Below are positions 29,932 through 39,357 of a DNA stretch of 64,000 nucleotides, piece by piece. The notes below the pieces were generated by a model, which saw only the letters and a program-made list of their open reading frames with translations, ran no database searches and was not told the origin of the DNA. The DNA lies in the NCBI GenBank assembly GCA_045597785.1, contig JAZLKT010000057.1, positions 775 through 64,774 of the forward strand, written 5' to 3'. The stretch comes from Candidatus Cryptobacteroides sp. (GTDB lineage: Bacteria; Bacteroidota; Bacteroidia; Bacteroidales; UBA932). The translations under genes and the position numbers were made by a program. Within the stretch, counting starts at the first letter, position 1. Each line of letters begins with the position of its first letter.

Positions 29932-30915
29932 TTATTTGATGATTATGGCTCCGGTTGTCTGGGTTGCACCCCATTCCTCAATGCCCGGCTCAAGGAATTT
30001 GACGTTGTAGTCTTCCTTGAATTCAATCCTGTAGTTGTACGAAAGCCCCTGCGTCCAGATGGTGGTGGGAAGGGTCAGGGTGACCGACTTGTTGGTAACT
30101 TCGCCGCCGTGGTTTACGCTGTAGTTCAGAATCAGCTTAATATCGCCACTCACGGCCTGCGGAAGAAGAATCAGCCCGCCGTCGGAGAACAGTTGCGAAT
30201 CTTCGCCTGGCAAAACCGTAACAGGAGAGTTGTTGACTATCGAAAGCGCCGCCGCTTCAACCGGAGTCCAGGTGCCGGACGTACTCGTGCCGGAGTAGCC
30301 GGCTTTGCTCTTCATGCCGGTAAGCCTTGCTCCGGTGACGGTGAAAATGTCTTCGTCGTCATCCGCGCCGCTCTCCTGATCCTCTTTCACAAAGAAATGC
30401 ACGTTGCACAGCAGGTGCCTGAACGTGAGGGGAACGGCCCCGAGCGAGCTAACGTTGGCACCCGTGGTGCACGAATATAGGTCGCTCAGAACCAGGTCGG
30501 TTTCGGCCGGGCTGATGACCGTGAAGCCGCCTATCTGCACGTTGCCGTCGAGCGCGTCGGAATAGGTGCCCACCGTTGAGGCGATGGGGCTGAGCGCACG
30601 GAAACGGTAGCTGCTGTTCTGGCGCCAGTAACGCGTCTGCCCGACTGCACACGCACCGCTGTTGCCGCTCACGCGGCCGGTGATGTTTTCGTAGACCGCC
30701 TCTTCACTGCCGGATGTCCAGCTCGAGCCGCTGCAGAGCGCGCCGTTGAGGCTGAATTCGCTGCCGTCGGGCATGGGGGCCGAGGTCTCCGCCTTGGTGC
30801 CGAGCGCACGGAAGCGTATCTGGGCATCGAAGCTGCCGGTGGCCGGATCCTTCCTGCACGAACAGAGTGCGAGCAGGAGCAGAGCCGCGGATAAGTATCG
30901 GAATGATGTTGTCAT
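29932..30915 (-). CDS. Fimbrillin-family (Mfa-like) lipoprotein
   Basis: LCSC lipobox, GTKA, YW...YRFRALSP, LTFRHLL, LLPQ, WTQGLSYNY, IEEW. Confidence 0.8.
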   Translation of the reverse strand: MTTSFRYLSAALLLLALCSCRKDPATGSFDAQIRFRALGTKAETSAPMPDGSEFSLNGALCSGSSWTSGSEEAVYENITGRVSGNSGACAVGQTRYWRQNSSYRFRALSPIASTVGTYSDALDGNVQIGGFTVISPAETDLVLSDLYSCTTGANVSSLGAVPLTFRHLLCNVHFFVKEDQESGADDDEDIFTVTGARLTGMKSKAGYSGTSTSGTWTPVEAAALSIVNNSPVTVLPGEDSQLFSDGGLILLPQAVSGDIKLILNYSVNHGGEVTNKSVTLTLPTTIWTQGLSYNYRIEFKEDYNVKFLEPGIEEWGATQTTGAIIIK

Positions 30916-30924
30916 TTTCGTCTA

Positions 30925-31992
30925 TCAGTCATTGGTCCAGACGCCTCCGGAATAGGTCCAGTCGTCGCCTTCGCCCCAGTCGATGAGGGTTGCGCTGAAG
31001 TTCATCGATTGGAGGTTGGCTGCGAGCTTGTAGGTGTAGTATTTGTTCGCCAGCCAAGGGTCGGTGATGGCTATCGAGCGCGAAATCTCTTCGGTGCCGT
31101 TCTTTATGAAATTAATGGTAATCGCTGCTCCTGCGGGGGCGGTTTGCGGAACCATGAAGAAGACGTCGGCGGTCTGGGTGTAAAGATTGCCTCCGCTGTA
31201 CGAGCCGGACGTCCAGTCGCCGGCCTTCCAGTTGGAGAAAGATTTCGTGAAGCTGCTCTTATGGTTGTGATCGCTCCACGAGAATGTCGGCTTTGCGGGA
31301 GTGCCGCTCAGAACGGGGTTGAAAGTGCATTTTCCAGAGCCGTAGACATTGGTGAGCGAGATGCTCTTGATTGAGAGGTTTGTGGCATCGAACGAGCCGT
31401 CGTCGGTGCTCACGGCAAAGCGCACCTGCGCGAGCGGATGGTAGAACATGATGTCTATCTTGCTGTCCTTGGGGGTGCGTCCGGTAGAGGAACTTGTCGT
31501 CTTGACCTTGTCTCCGTCGAATGTGCGGGTCTCGGCGTTTCCGGCGAGGAGAAGGTCGAGTTCGCCGTCGTTGATGTAGTCGAACTGGAAGGTTGAGCCG
31601 GTGTAGCTTGTGATGGTTATTTCGCGGCCGGAGTCATCGTCGTTCACGGTGTCGAGGTCGGGGAAATAGCTCCAGAAGTGCATTCCTATGCCGTTGAGCC
31701 ACAGTTGCTGTGTATCGAAGGCCCAGTTGCCGGAAGAATAGCTGATGGTCGTGCGGAAATACTCCCCGGCCTTGCCGTCCTTGGTGCCGGTATTGTCTGT
31801 ATAGTCGGCATCGGCCACGCCTATGATGTCGAAGGTGCCGACGGTTTGGAGGTTGCCGATGGAATTGACCGAGCCCTTTGTCTTGCTCACATTGACGTTG
31901 CAGCCGATGGCCCGGCCTTTTCGGAACGGGTCTTTGCTGCAGCCGCAGGCTAGTAGCAACAGGAACGCGAACAACAGATATCTTTTGTACAT
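30925..31992 (-). CDS. Fimbrillin-family (Mfa-like) lipoprotein, first gene of module B
   Basis: ACGC lipobox, KTKG, HFWSYFP, FYHPLAQVRF, MVPQ, WLANKYYTY, LIDW. Start set at ATG 31992. Confidence 0.8.
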   Translation of the reverse strand: MYKRYLLFAFLLLLACGCSKDPFRKGRAIGCNVNVSKTKGSVNSIGNLQTVGTFDIIGVADADYTDNTGTKDGKAGEYFRTTISYSSGNWAFDTQQLWLNGIGMHFWSYFPDLDTVNDDDSGREITITSYTGSTFQFDYINDGELDLLLAGNAETRTFDGDKVKTTSSSTGRTPKDSKIDIMFYHPLAQVRFAVSTDDGSFDATNLSIKSISLTNVYGSGKCTFNPVLSGTPAKPTFSWSDHNHKSSFTKSFSNWKAGDWTSGSYSGGNLYTQTADVFFMVPQTAPAGAAITINFIKNGTEEISRSIAITDPWLANKYYTYKLAANLQSMNFSATLIDWGEGDDWTYSGGVWTND

Positions 31993-32065
31993 TATTCCCA
32001 ATATATTATGAATAATCCGATAAATATACGGAGTTTTTGTGAAAGGTTGACAGATAGGGCGATAG

Positions 32066-32104
32066 AAAATAGAAAAGCGGCCCCGGAACTGATTCCGGAG
32101 CCGC
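32066..32104 (-). terminator. Rho-independent terminator between pilus modules A and B
   Basis: Stem 32077-32088/32093-32104 (GCGGCCCCGGAA/TTCCGGAGCCGC) followed on the minus strand by TTTTCTATTTT. Confidence 0.8.
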
Positions 32105-32126
32105 AGAAAATGCTTGATTGAACCCG

Positions 32127-35100
32127 TTACTCGGCAGGTGCTACAAATACTGCCGGGTAGATGTGCCAGTAATGGACGCTCGTGTTCTGGGTAATGTTGT
32201 CTTCGTTGTTGTACAAATACCTGGTAACGTAATTTGCTGATCCACCATAGTCTGATTTTCTTTCGTCATTGGTCTGTGCGAGAGAGATTCCGTTGTTTGC
32301 AGAATACGCGAACGTAATGGATGTATTGTTCTGTGTACTATCAAATCTTGGAGTATAAGAATAAGTTCTATTAGTCCAACTCCCGCCTTTTGCTTGCTGG
32401 AAGTCAAGATAATATGTAGTTGAACTGCTCACTGTCGAAATTTTCCCTGAATTGATATTCATTAGGAAAGTGTTATCAAACTGATTATTGAAATCGCTGT
32501 CGCGCTTAAAGATAGCTGAGGCATTGTTAGTGCCGGGATTATACAGGTACCTGTTAAAATCCGTATCGGGGGCCTTCAGAATGTATCTTGTTCCGGAATC
32601 GAACGAAGTCGATGTCATCTCTTCGCCAAGCTGTATTCCGTAAATGGGAACCTTTACGCTTCCGGCAGGGTTTCCGCCGACCTGAACGGCCAGTGTTGCC
32701 TTATAGCCGATGTTGCCGCCCGCGCTATTGACGGGAGCAGAATAGGCTCCTGCCGATGTCGTGTAACTGCGACACTCCAGGCCGTCGATAATCGTAGTGG
32801 TTGTCGAACGCGTGGTGCTGAGCCCTCCGATGGTTACGGCCTTATTGTCCTCGTTGCAAATTACAGGAATCCAAATCTTCAGAGCCGCCTTTTCGCCGGG
32901 AACCATCTTGCCCTGTTCATACGCGGGCGTGTTGGTAATGGTGATAAAGTCGTCCTGAGTGTAAATTCTTACTGCGCCGGCGCCTGCGAGAATGGTCTTC
33001 GAGTTGTCGGTATAGAGGAATGCGGACAGGGAAACCGTAACAATGTCCTCTACGAACGGCGTTACGTCGAACTGATAGTGAGTAACTCCTTCCGACGGAA
33101 CCATCGTATAATAGTCGTATCCTCCTTCGGACTTGACATAGGTAAGCGCGGTGCTTCCCGAGGTCTGGACAGGAGACGGCTCGATTCCGCTCATCTTCAC
33201 GGTTATTGATGCGGGCAGGTTCGTGCTTGTGCTGAGATCGAACGAGAACCGCTCGCTGACACCGACCTCGTGCGAACTTGCGCTGAATGCAAGGTTGTTG
33301 AAGCTGCGCAGCGAGGCGTTGTTGACCTTAACCGAAGCATTGTTGAAAGCCGCCTGGCTCACCTTGAACGTTGTCGCGCTCGTTGGAACGATGGTCTTGA
33401 AATAAACCGGGAAGGTCTTGTTCCCATCCACGGTTCTTGCCGCGCTGTACTCGTCCCAGGTAAGGGTTTTCTCGAACCAGTAGGAAGGGTATCCGTCAGA
33501 GCCGATTCCATTGCGGACGGGAAGTTCCTGAACGGCATTGTATTCGTCGTCGGGAGACAGGGTGCGGTTCGTCGTTTCTATCTTGAAATCCATCGGGAAC
33601 ATAGACGACGGCAGATATGCATCGAACGACAGGTTCAGTGTCACTTTCTCGCCCGACCCGGTCGGGATGTTGGCTGATGCGTAGTCGGCATTGTCCGACG
33701 CCACCTCGTAGTTTGTATTGGGGCCGGCCGACAGGCTGAGTTCGAGCGAAGGACGCAGGATAAGGTTTACTGTTCGGGTGATTGTCTTGCGGGCATTGTC
33801 CTCGTATCTGACTCCGGTTATGGTAATGGACTGTGTCTTGGGTGTCGCAGTAACCTCTGTGGTGGTTATGACGATGTGTCCGAAACCATCGTCGGCGCCG
33901 GCGTAGGGCGAGACGTCTGTCGGGTTGTCCGAATCGGACATATCCGTGGTTTTCAGATGCTTGACCTCGTCACCGTCAACATAAGTGCTTGAAACCACAA
34001 GGTTGCCTATTACGTCTCCGTTCGACCCTGATGTCCCCTCCCAGTCCATAAGCACGAACGGACGACCGTGCTCGGGGTTGTCTTCGGTAAGGAATTCATT
34101 TCCGAGTCCGGTATAGGCGTTAGAATTGATGTTCGGCTCATACTTGTAGAGAATCTCGGCTGTCGTGGTCTGCCCGATGGGTGCGATGACAACAACGGTC
34201 GTGTGGTCAACCGACATACGTGCTTCACCATCGGAAATGTTCGGCAGCTCGTTATATTCGACATTGACCGAAATGTCTCCGGAAGGGATGCTGTTGATTG
34301 CAGCTTCGGGCGTTGCGCAGCCGGCGGTGGTGACTTCGGTTATCTTTACCATATAGTCGAAGTTGCGGAGCATTGCATAGAACTGTCCGTCTGCATCCTG
34401 CATTGCAATCTTATAGTAACGCAAGTTGTCGCGGTCGATTGTGCTCTTCTCCGTACCATAATATCCTGCGACAATGATGTACTGGGGCTTGACAAGCGCC
34501 TTTTCGCGCTCATATACGTAACCGGTGCTGACAAGCTCGTCATCGACCGAAATCACGCCGTGCCAGTTGTCCTTCTCGGAGTCAAGGACACCTTCTCCCG
34601 TTTCGAAACCGGTTGAGGCAAGCATAAAGCCCTGGTAATTCGCTCCGTTTACGGTTCTTCCGTTGCTGAATGTAAAGACGGAGTCCTCCGGGCTTTCTAC
34701 ACTCTTGATGGTAAGATAGTCCTGATAATTGGCGACAAACTCCTGGGTGTTGCGGTTATATGGTGCAATCGTTCCTTCAAGAGGGTAATTCTCGAACCAG
34801 AATCCGTTCAGGATGAAATTCTCGCAACCGCTCTTGACGGTAACCTTCGAGTAATTCCTGATGAGCTTGACGGAACGCAGTGCGTCGTAAACCTTGTTGT
34901 AAGCGGCCAGTTTGGCCGTATAGTCCTCTTCTCCTTCCTGGGGCTTTGCCGTGATGTTGTCAAATTCCAGGCGCTGCCAGTAAGCGTTCTTGAATCCGCC
35001 TTCCTGGGTGTCGTCGCCATCGTATTTGGTGACCAATTCCCCGATGACTTCATTTTCGGAGCCGAAGCGTATCTCCTCCGGCGCATTTGCAATGATATGC

Positions 35101-35453
35101 AGGATGCGCGGCTTGTCGGAAACCTTAAGCGAGACGGTATAGTCGTAGGGAGTATCGTTATAGAGTTCGCTGCCCGTCTCGACGTGCTCGGCCTTTACGT
35201 ATTCCGAAAGCTTGAAGCCTGCCTTGTCAAAGACTGCAACATAGAGGTTCTTTATGTCGGCGCCTTCCACCATAGCCTTTGTTCCATGGCCCTGTGACGA
35301 GAGTCCTGTGCAGATGCCGAATACGGCTACGCTGTCCCGACAGGGACTGAATTGCTCCTTGCCGGTAACGCCCGGTCCGTCCGGAGCGAGCTGCTCTTCG
35401 ACGCAGGCGGTCAGTGCAAGTGTAAAAGCGAGAGTATATAGAAATTTCTTCAT
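32127..35453 (-). CDS. Large type V pilus-associated lipoprotein (putative tip adhesin)
   Basis: LTAC lipobox, GTKA, LYVAVFD, HIIAN, KLIRNYSKV, MLRNFDY pilin-type motifs, long C-terminal extension. Confidence 0.75.
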   Translation of the reverse strand: MKKFLYTLAFTLALTACVEEQLAPDGPGVTGKEQFSPCRDSVAVFGICTGLSSQGHGTKAMVEGADIKNLYVAVFDKAGFKLSEYVKAEHVETGSELYNDTPYDYTVSLKVSDKPRILHIIANAPEEIRFGSENEVIGELVTKYDGDDTQEGGFKNAYWQRLEFDNITAKPQEGEEDYTAKLAAYNKVYDALRSVKLIRNYSKVTVKSGCENFILNGFWFENYPLEGTIAPYNRNTQEFVANYQDYLTIKSVESPEDSVFTFSNGRTVNGANYQGFMLASTGFETGEGVLDSEKDNWHGVISVDDELVSTGYVYEREKALVKPQYIIVAGYYGTEKSTIDRDNLRYYKIAMQDADGQFYAMLRNFDYMVKITEVTTAGCATPEAAINSIPSGDISVNVEYNELPNISDGEARMSVDHTTVVVIAPIGQTTTAEILYKYEPNINSNAYTGLGNEFLTEDNPEHGRPFVLMDWEGTSGSNGDVIGNLVVSSTYVDGDEVKHLKTTDMSDSDNPTDVSPYAGADDGFGHIVITTTEVTATPKTQSITITGVRYEDNARKTITRTVNLILRPSLELSLSAGPNTNYEVASDNADYASANIPTGSGEKVTLNLSFDAYLPSSMFPMDFKIETTNRTLSPDDEYNAVQELPVRNGIGSDGYPSYWFEKTLTWDEYSAARTVDGNKTFPVYFKTIVPTSATTFKVSQAAFNNASVKVNNASLRSFNNLAFSASSHEVGVSERFSFDLSTSTNLPASITVKMSGIEPSPVQTSGSTALTYVKSEGGYDYYTMVPSEGVTHYQFDVTPFVEDIVTVSLSAFLYTDNSKTILAGAGAVRIYTQDDFITITNTPAYEQGKMVPGEKAALKIWIPVICNEDNKAVTIGGLSTTRSTTTTIIDGLECRSYTTSAGAYSAPVNSAGGNIGYKATLAVQVGGNPAGSVKVPIYGIQLGEEMTSTSFDSGTRYILKAPDTDFNRYLYNPGTNNASAIFKRDSDFNNQFDNTFLMNINSGKISTVSSSTTYYLDFQQAKGGSWTNRTYSYTPRFDSTQNNTSITFAYSANNGISLAQTNDERKSDYGGSANYVTRYLYNNEDNITQNTSVHYWHIYPAVFVAPAE

Positions 35454-35469
35454 CTTCCTTCAATTGAAA

Positions 35470-37758
35470 TTACTTTGCCGGATGCTCGTAATTGGTAGGA
35501 ACATCACCCCAGGTGAATGTCGTTTTGTCAGAGTTGTTCCAGCCGAACTCGGCATCGACCTGCGACCAGTACCACTCGTCATATACGCAGCGCGCGGCGC
35601 CCATATCGGTGTTGTCGCTCTTGATGCCGTCGGTAAAAGTTGTTCCGGAGCACATGCCTCCGGCATAGGTATAATTTCCGGTGTTGTAGAACAGGTTAGG
35701 AATCAACGATGCACTGGACAGCATACGGAAGAGTTTGATTTCGGCATATGTAGGCAGCCTCCACCTTCCGGCGGGGTAGCCGTCTTCCTGATAGGTGGCA
35801 CAGCGGAGAACAGCCTCGGGATAAGTGTTGTTCTCTGCGTTCCTGCAATGTGCGGTACAAACCCTGAATGCAGGGGCCACGAAAAGTTTGCAGGAATTCT
35901 CCTCTCCGGAGCGGGCCGGAATTGTAGGGTGGTAGTAAGAGAGGACCCCGTTGGATTTCTCGTATTTGCGGTATGCTGTTGCCACGCTGTTCGGGCTTCC
36001 GGAAAGTTTACTCCACTGGTCGGTAAGATTGTCAACTTCGGCCTTGCGCGGGTCGCCGACCACGAAGTTTTCGGTGTTCGATTCCTGGTCAAACTGGTTG
36101 ACGTGGATGATTGCAAACCAGCGGCTCGTGTTATTGCTATTGGTTGTAATAGTCCCGGAGGCCCCCTGTGCGTTTGCAATACTACCGCTTGTAGAGTTTC
36201 TGGTTCCGTCGATAAGGATATATCCGTAGAGGCTGGAACCATTTTCTCCCGCGCTATTCCGCTCCGTCTCAACCCATATTGCAGGATATTGTGTAATAGT
36301 GATATCGGCAAAGAAGTTCGGGTCGTCCGAATGTGCGATGCGGAAGGAAATGTCGATAGGAGAAATATCCATACCATTATCTCCCAAAGTGTTGTTCAAT
36401 TGGCGGGTAACCTTCAACTGGGCCTTTGTGTCAATGAAACTTGTGGTCACGGAAGAGGCCACATTCACCGTGGTGTGTTCGCCATAGTCTCCGCTTGTTT
36501 TGTAGAAACTGGTCTTTGTGGCGACGAGGTTCGAAACAGTGCAGTCGTGGCTCGACGAGAACGAAACAATCAGTTCTCCCTTATTGTTCAGCGTATACTC
36601 CGTCTGCGGCACGGCCAGGTAACGCGTATCTTTTATGACGGCAGGGGTGTTGGGAGTGTTGCTAACCTCGTCGTAAGCCTGGTTCCAGTCGAGCACCTGG
36701 TAGTCGAGTGAAGGGAATATCTGCTTCGGGGTGGTGGCGTTGGGGCTTCCGAGAACGGTCAGTTTCGCCGACATATTGTACCACTCGTTGATGCCTATCT
36801 CTCCGCGGCCGAGGGTGAGGATGTAGTACATGGTGCTGAGCTCCGAACTTACCCCGTCGTTCACGATCCAGTCCATTTGGTAGAGCAGATAAGGCTCCTC
36901 GTCGCTGTTGTACTCCCAGTCCATCGAGTATGTGTAGACGGGAGTGGAGCTGTAGTAACGGTCGAGGCTGTCGCTGACATAGGTTTCGTCCTGTTCGAGG
37001 GTCAGCTGCGCGGAATCGAAGTAGCAGTCGTCGTTGTCACTGCTCTTCTCGAAGCCTCCGAGCGTGGTGCGGTTAAGTGCATTGCAGAACGTCACCTTGA
37101 GCGGATCGGACCCGCCGGTGGTGTAGGGAGTATAGGTGTATTTTCCGTCCTTCGACTTGATTTCCTTGCTTACGAGCGCGCCGATTGTGAATTTGTCGGC
37201 AAGCCTCTTGAGTTCGACGGTCTCATCGATTGCCGTCTGCCCTGAACGCGAAGAGATTTGAACAAGGTCGTCATAAACCATAACGAAGTTGCTTTGCGGC
37301 ACGGTGCTGAGCGACGAAACAACGACCATCTTGCGCGCGTCGGCGAGGGTGGGGCCGGCTTCGAGCGTGTCCTCCAGGTCGGACGAGGGGTTGGCGACAA
37401 CGAGCAGCTGGCACTCGAGCGCGTCGCGGAACAGCTTCGCTCCGATGGTGTTGGCGCTGACGGGCAGGGTGGTGGTGTAGGTGCCGGTCTCGGAAATTCC
37501 CGAAACGAAGCCCTGGACCAGCGGAGCCGCGTTAATCGAATCCTTCGGGTAGAAGAAGTAGAAGAAGGAATTCAACAGATTCTCGTTATATGCGTCTTCG
37601 CCGTTGCGGGGGTCGCCCTTGACGTCGACATTGGCTTGCGAGGTCGAAGCGAGCGTAATCCGTATGCCCCGGGTGGGTTCCTGCGGCACTGCGGAGTCGG
37701 TGCAGGCCCAGGCGAGAAGGGCGCTTATCGATAGGAGTAGTAATATGCTTTTTTTCAT
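35470..37758 (-). CDS. Type V pilus lipoprotein with C-terminal lectin-like (GRWRLPT) domain
   Basis: AWAC lipobox, DVKG, LVVAN, ELKRLADK, QVLDW, then RCATYQEDGYPAGRWRLPTYAEI...ARCVYDEWYW. Confidence 0.78.
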   Translation of the reverse strand: MKKSILLLLSISALLAWACTDSAVPQEPTRGIRITLASTSQANVDVKGDPRNGEDAYNENLLNSFFYFFYPKDSINAAPLVQGFVSGISETGTYTTTLPVSANTIGAKLFRDALECQLLVVANPSSDLEDTLEAGPTLADARKMVVVSSLSTVPQSNFVMVYDDLVQISSRSGQTAIDETVELKRLADKFTIGALVSKEIKSKDGKYTYTPYTTGGSDPLKVTFCNALNRTTLGGFEKSSDNDDCYFDSAQLTLEQDETYVSDSLDRYYSSTPVYTYSMDWEYNSDEEPYLLYQMDWIVNDGVSSELSTMYYILTLGRGEIGINEWYNMSAKLTVLGSPNATTPKQIFPSLDYQVLDWNQAYDEVSNTPNTPAVIKDTRYLAVPQTEYTLNNKGELIVSFSSSHDCTVSNLVATKTSFYKTSGDYGEHTTVNVASSVTTSFIDTKAQLKVTRQLNNTLGDNGMDISPIDISFRIAHSDDPNFFADITITQYPAIWVETERNSAGENGSSLYGYILIDGTRNSTSGSIANAQGASGTITTNSNNTSRWFAIIHVNQFDQESNTENFVVGDPRKAEVDNLTDQWSKLSGSPNSVATAYRKYEKSNGVLSYYHPTIPARSGEENSCKLFVAPAFRVCTAHCRNAENNTYPEAVLRCATYQEDGYPAGRWRLPTYAEIKLFRMLSSASLIPNLFYNTGNYTYAGGMCSGTTFTDGIKSDNTDMGAARCVYDEWYWSQVDAEFGWNNSDKTTFTWGDVPTNYEHPAK

Positions 37759-37767
37759 CGTTGTCTT

Positions 37768-39354
37768 CTACTGGTTCTGGTAAATGAACGTGCGTGGCGA
37801 AGAGGCGCCGTAGATTTCATCGTCTATCTTCTTCATCTCGCCGTTGCCAAGACGCACGGAGAAGGAGAGCGAGATTTTATATTCGCTCTTCTGCAGAGTG
37901 GCTTCGGGGTCGAGCATAATAGCGATGTATGTAATGTTGCTGTCAACCACGCCTTCTGCCGTCACTGCCGAAGCGACGGACCCGGCCTCGTCGTCCGTGT
38001 CGAAATTGATGACCTTGAATACGTCGAAATCGCCGTTCTTTGTGATGAGCCAGGCTGAGTTGGCGGGCTGGTCTATTCTGAATTTGAGAACAATCGGGTA
38101 GCCGGGGCGGAAATAATATGTCCCGGGGTCACTGGTCGACTGGTTGCAATAGCTTTCGAAGCCGTCCGCAAGGCTCAATGTTCCGTTCTTCGGAATGCTC
38201 ACCGCGCCCTCGTAGTCGATGACGGGGTCTTTCTCGTCCCAGTTTGCGGCAAGTACGCCGAGCTTGATCTGTTTTTCGGAGAACGAGAGTTCCATCATAT
38301 GGCGCGTTCCGGCCGCCCATCCGTTGAGAGATGGCTGTGCAACGCCGTCGGCGTCTTTGATGTCGGTGTCGTAGGGAAGGGGAATAGAGGCTGTCACGCC
38401 GGCTGCGCCTTCGCTCTGGTAGGTGACGGTCAGATAAGCGTCTCCGCTTGCTGGAGTCCAGGTTGTGCCGGCGGTATAAGTGTTGGTCGGAGCCATCTCC
38501 GCAGGCAGCTGGGGCCAGACGAGGAAGTATTTCTTGGTGCTGGACGATCCGAATGCGATGTTCTGCTTGATGTCGCCGAAGTCGGCGTCTCCCGCCTTGG
38601 CAAGCGTGACGTCCCCGGTAAGCAGTTCGGTTGCTCCGCTAGTCGAGCCGGTGCCGTAAACCACGCTGGAGGCGTTTTTGCCGAAGGTGATTGTGGCGCC
38701 TTTCTGATCGCGAAGACCGGTGATCTTAACGCTGGTAATCGTAATGGGCGAGTCGGTATAGTTGCGTGCCGAGAGGCTGAAACTTGCGAAAAGGTGGTTG
38801 AGCGGAAGCTCTACGTTGGAATAGTCGGCTGCGGCAGAGGTCCTCACCACAACATCCGTATAGGAGAAGTCGAAGTTCGACTCCGAAATGCCCATCTGCT
38901 TGGCGGGAATCGAAACGGTGCTGTCGCTCAACGCGGGTGCCGAACCGAAGAACGTTGCGGCCGTGTCGCCGTTCTTGTCTTTTTCGAGCCAGCCGAAGAA
39001 ACGGTAGTCGGCGGAATTGTTCCACTGGTAAGCTTCTCCGCCGTTATTGTATGCCCAGGTTTTGCCGTCGGACTGGACGGAAATGCTCTGGCCGGCATTG
39101 AGATAAGTGCTTCCCGGCTCGCCGGTTGCCGTATTGTAACCCTGGATTGCTCCGGTGGTTGCAAGACCGTAAATCTTCACCTGAGTCGGCTGGACGAGGA
39201 TGTCGGCCGACTCGAGCAGGGCTTTCGTGGCGTCTTTCGTCACCATCTTGGCCGAGAAACGGATGTCGCGGCTGTCGGTCTTCAGGCCATTTTCGGAGCA
39301 GGCCGTGAGAGATGCAAGGCAGGCGGCGAGAAGCAGTATGTGCGGATTCGTCAT
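37768..39354 (-). CDS. Fimbrillin-family (Mfa-like) lipoprotein with C-terminal extension
   Basis: LTAC lipobox, ATKA, YRFFGW, LPLNHL, VWPQ, WAAGTRH, AANW followed by about 140 extra aa. Confidence 0.78.
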   Translation of the reverse strand: MTNPHILLLAACLASLTACSENGLKTDSRDIRFSAKMVTKDATKALLESADILVQPTQVKIYGLATTGAIQGYNTATGEPGSTYLNAGQSISVQSDGKTWAYNNGGEAYQWNNSADYRFFGWLEKDKNGDTAATFFGSAPALSDSTVSIPAKQMGISESNFDFSYTDVVVRTSAAADYSNVELPLNHLFASFSLSARNYTDSPITITSVKITGLRDQKGATITFGKNASSVVYGTGSTSGATELLTGDVTLAKAGDADFGDIKQNIAFGSSSTKKYFLVWPQLPAEMAPTNTYTAGTTWTPASGDAYLTVTYQSEGAAGVTASIPLPYDTDIKDADGVAQPSLNGWAAGTRHMMELSFSEKQIKLGVLAANWDEKDPVIDYEGAVSIPKNGTLSLADGFESYCNQSTSDPGTYYFRPGYPIVLKFRIDQPANSAWLITKNGDFDVFKVINFDTDDEAGSVASAVTAEGVVDSNITYIAIMLDPEATLQKSEYKISLSFSVRLGNGEMKKIDDEIYGASSPRTFIYQNQ

Positions 39355-39357
39355 TTT

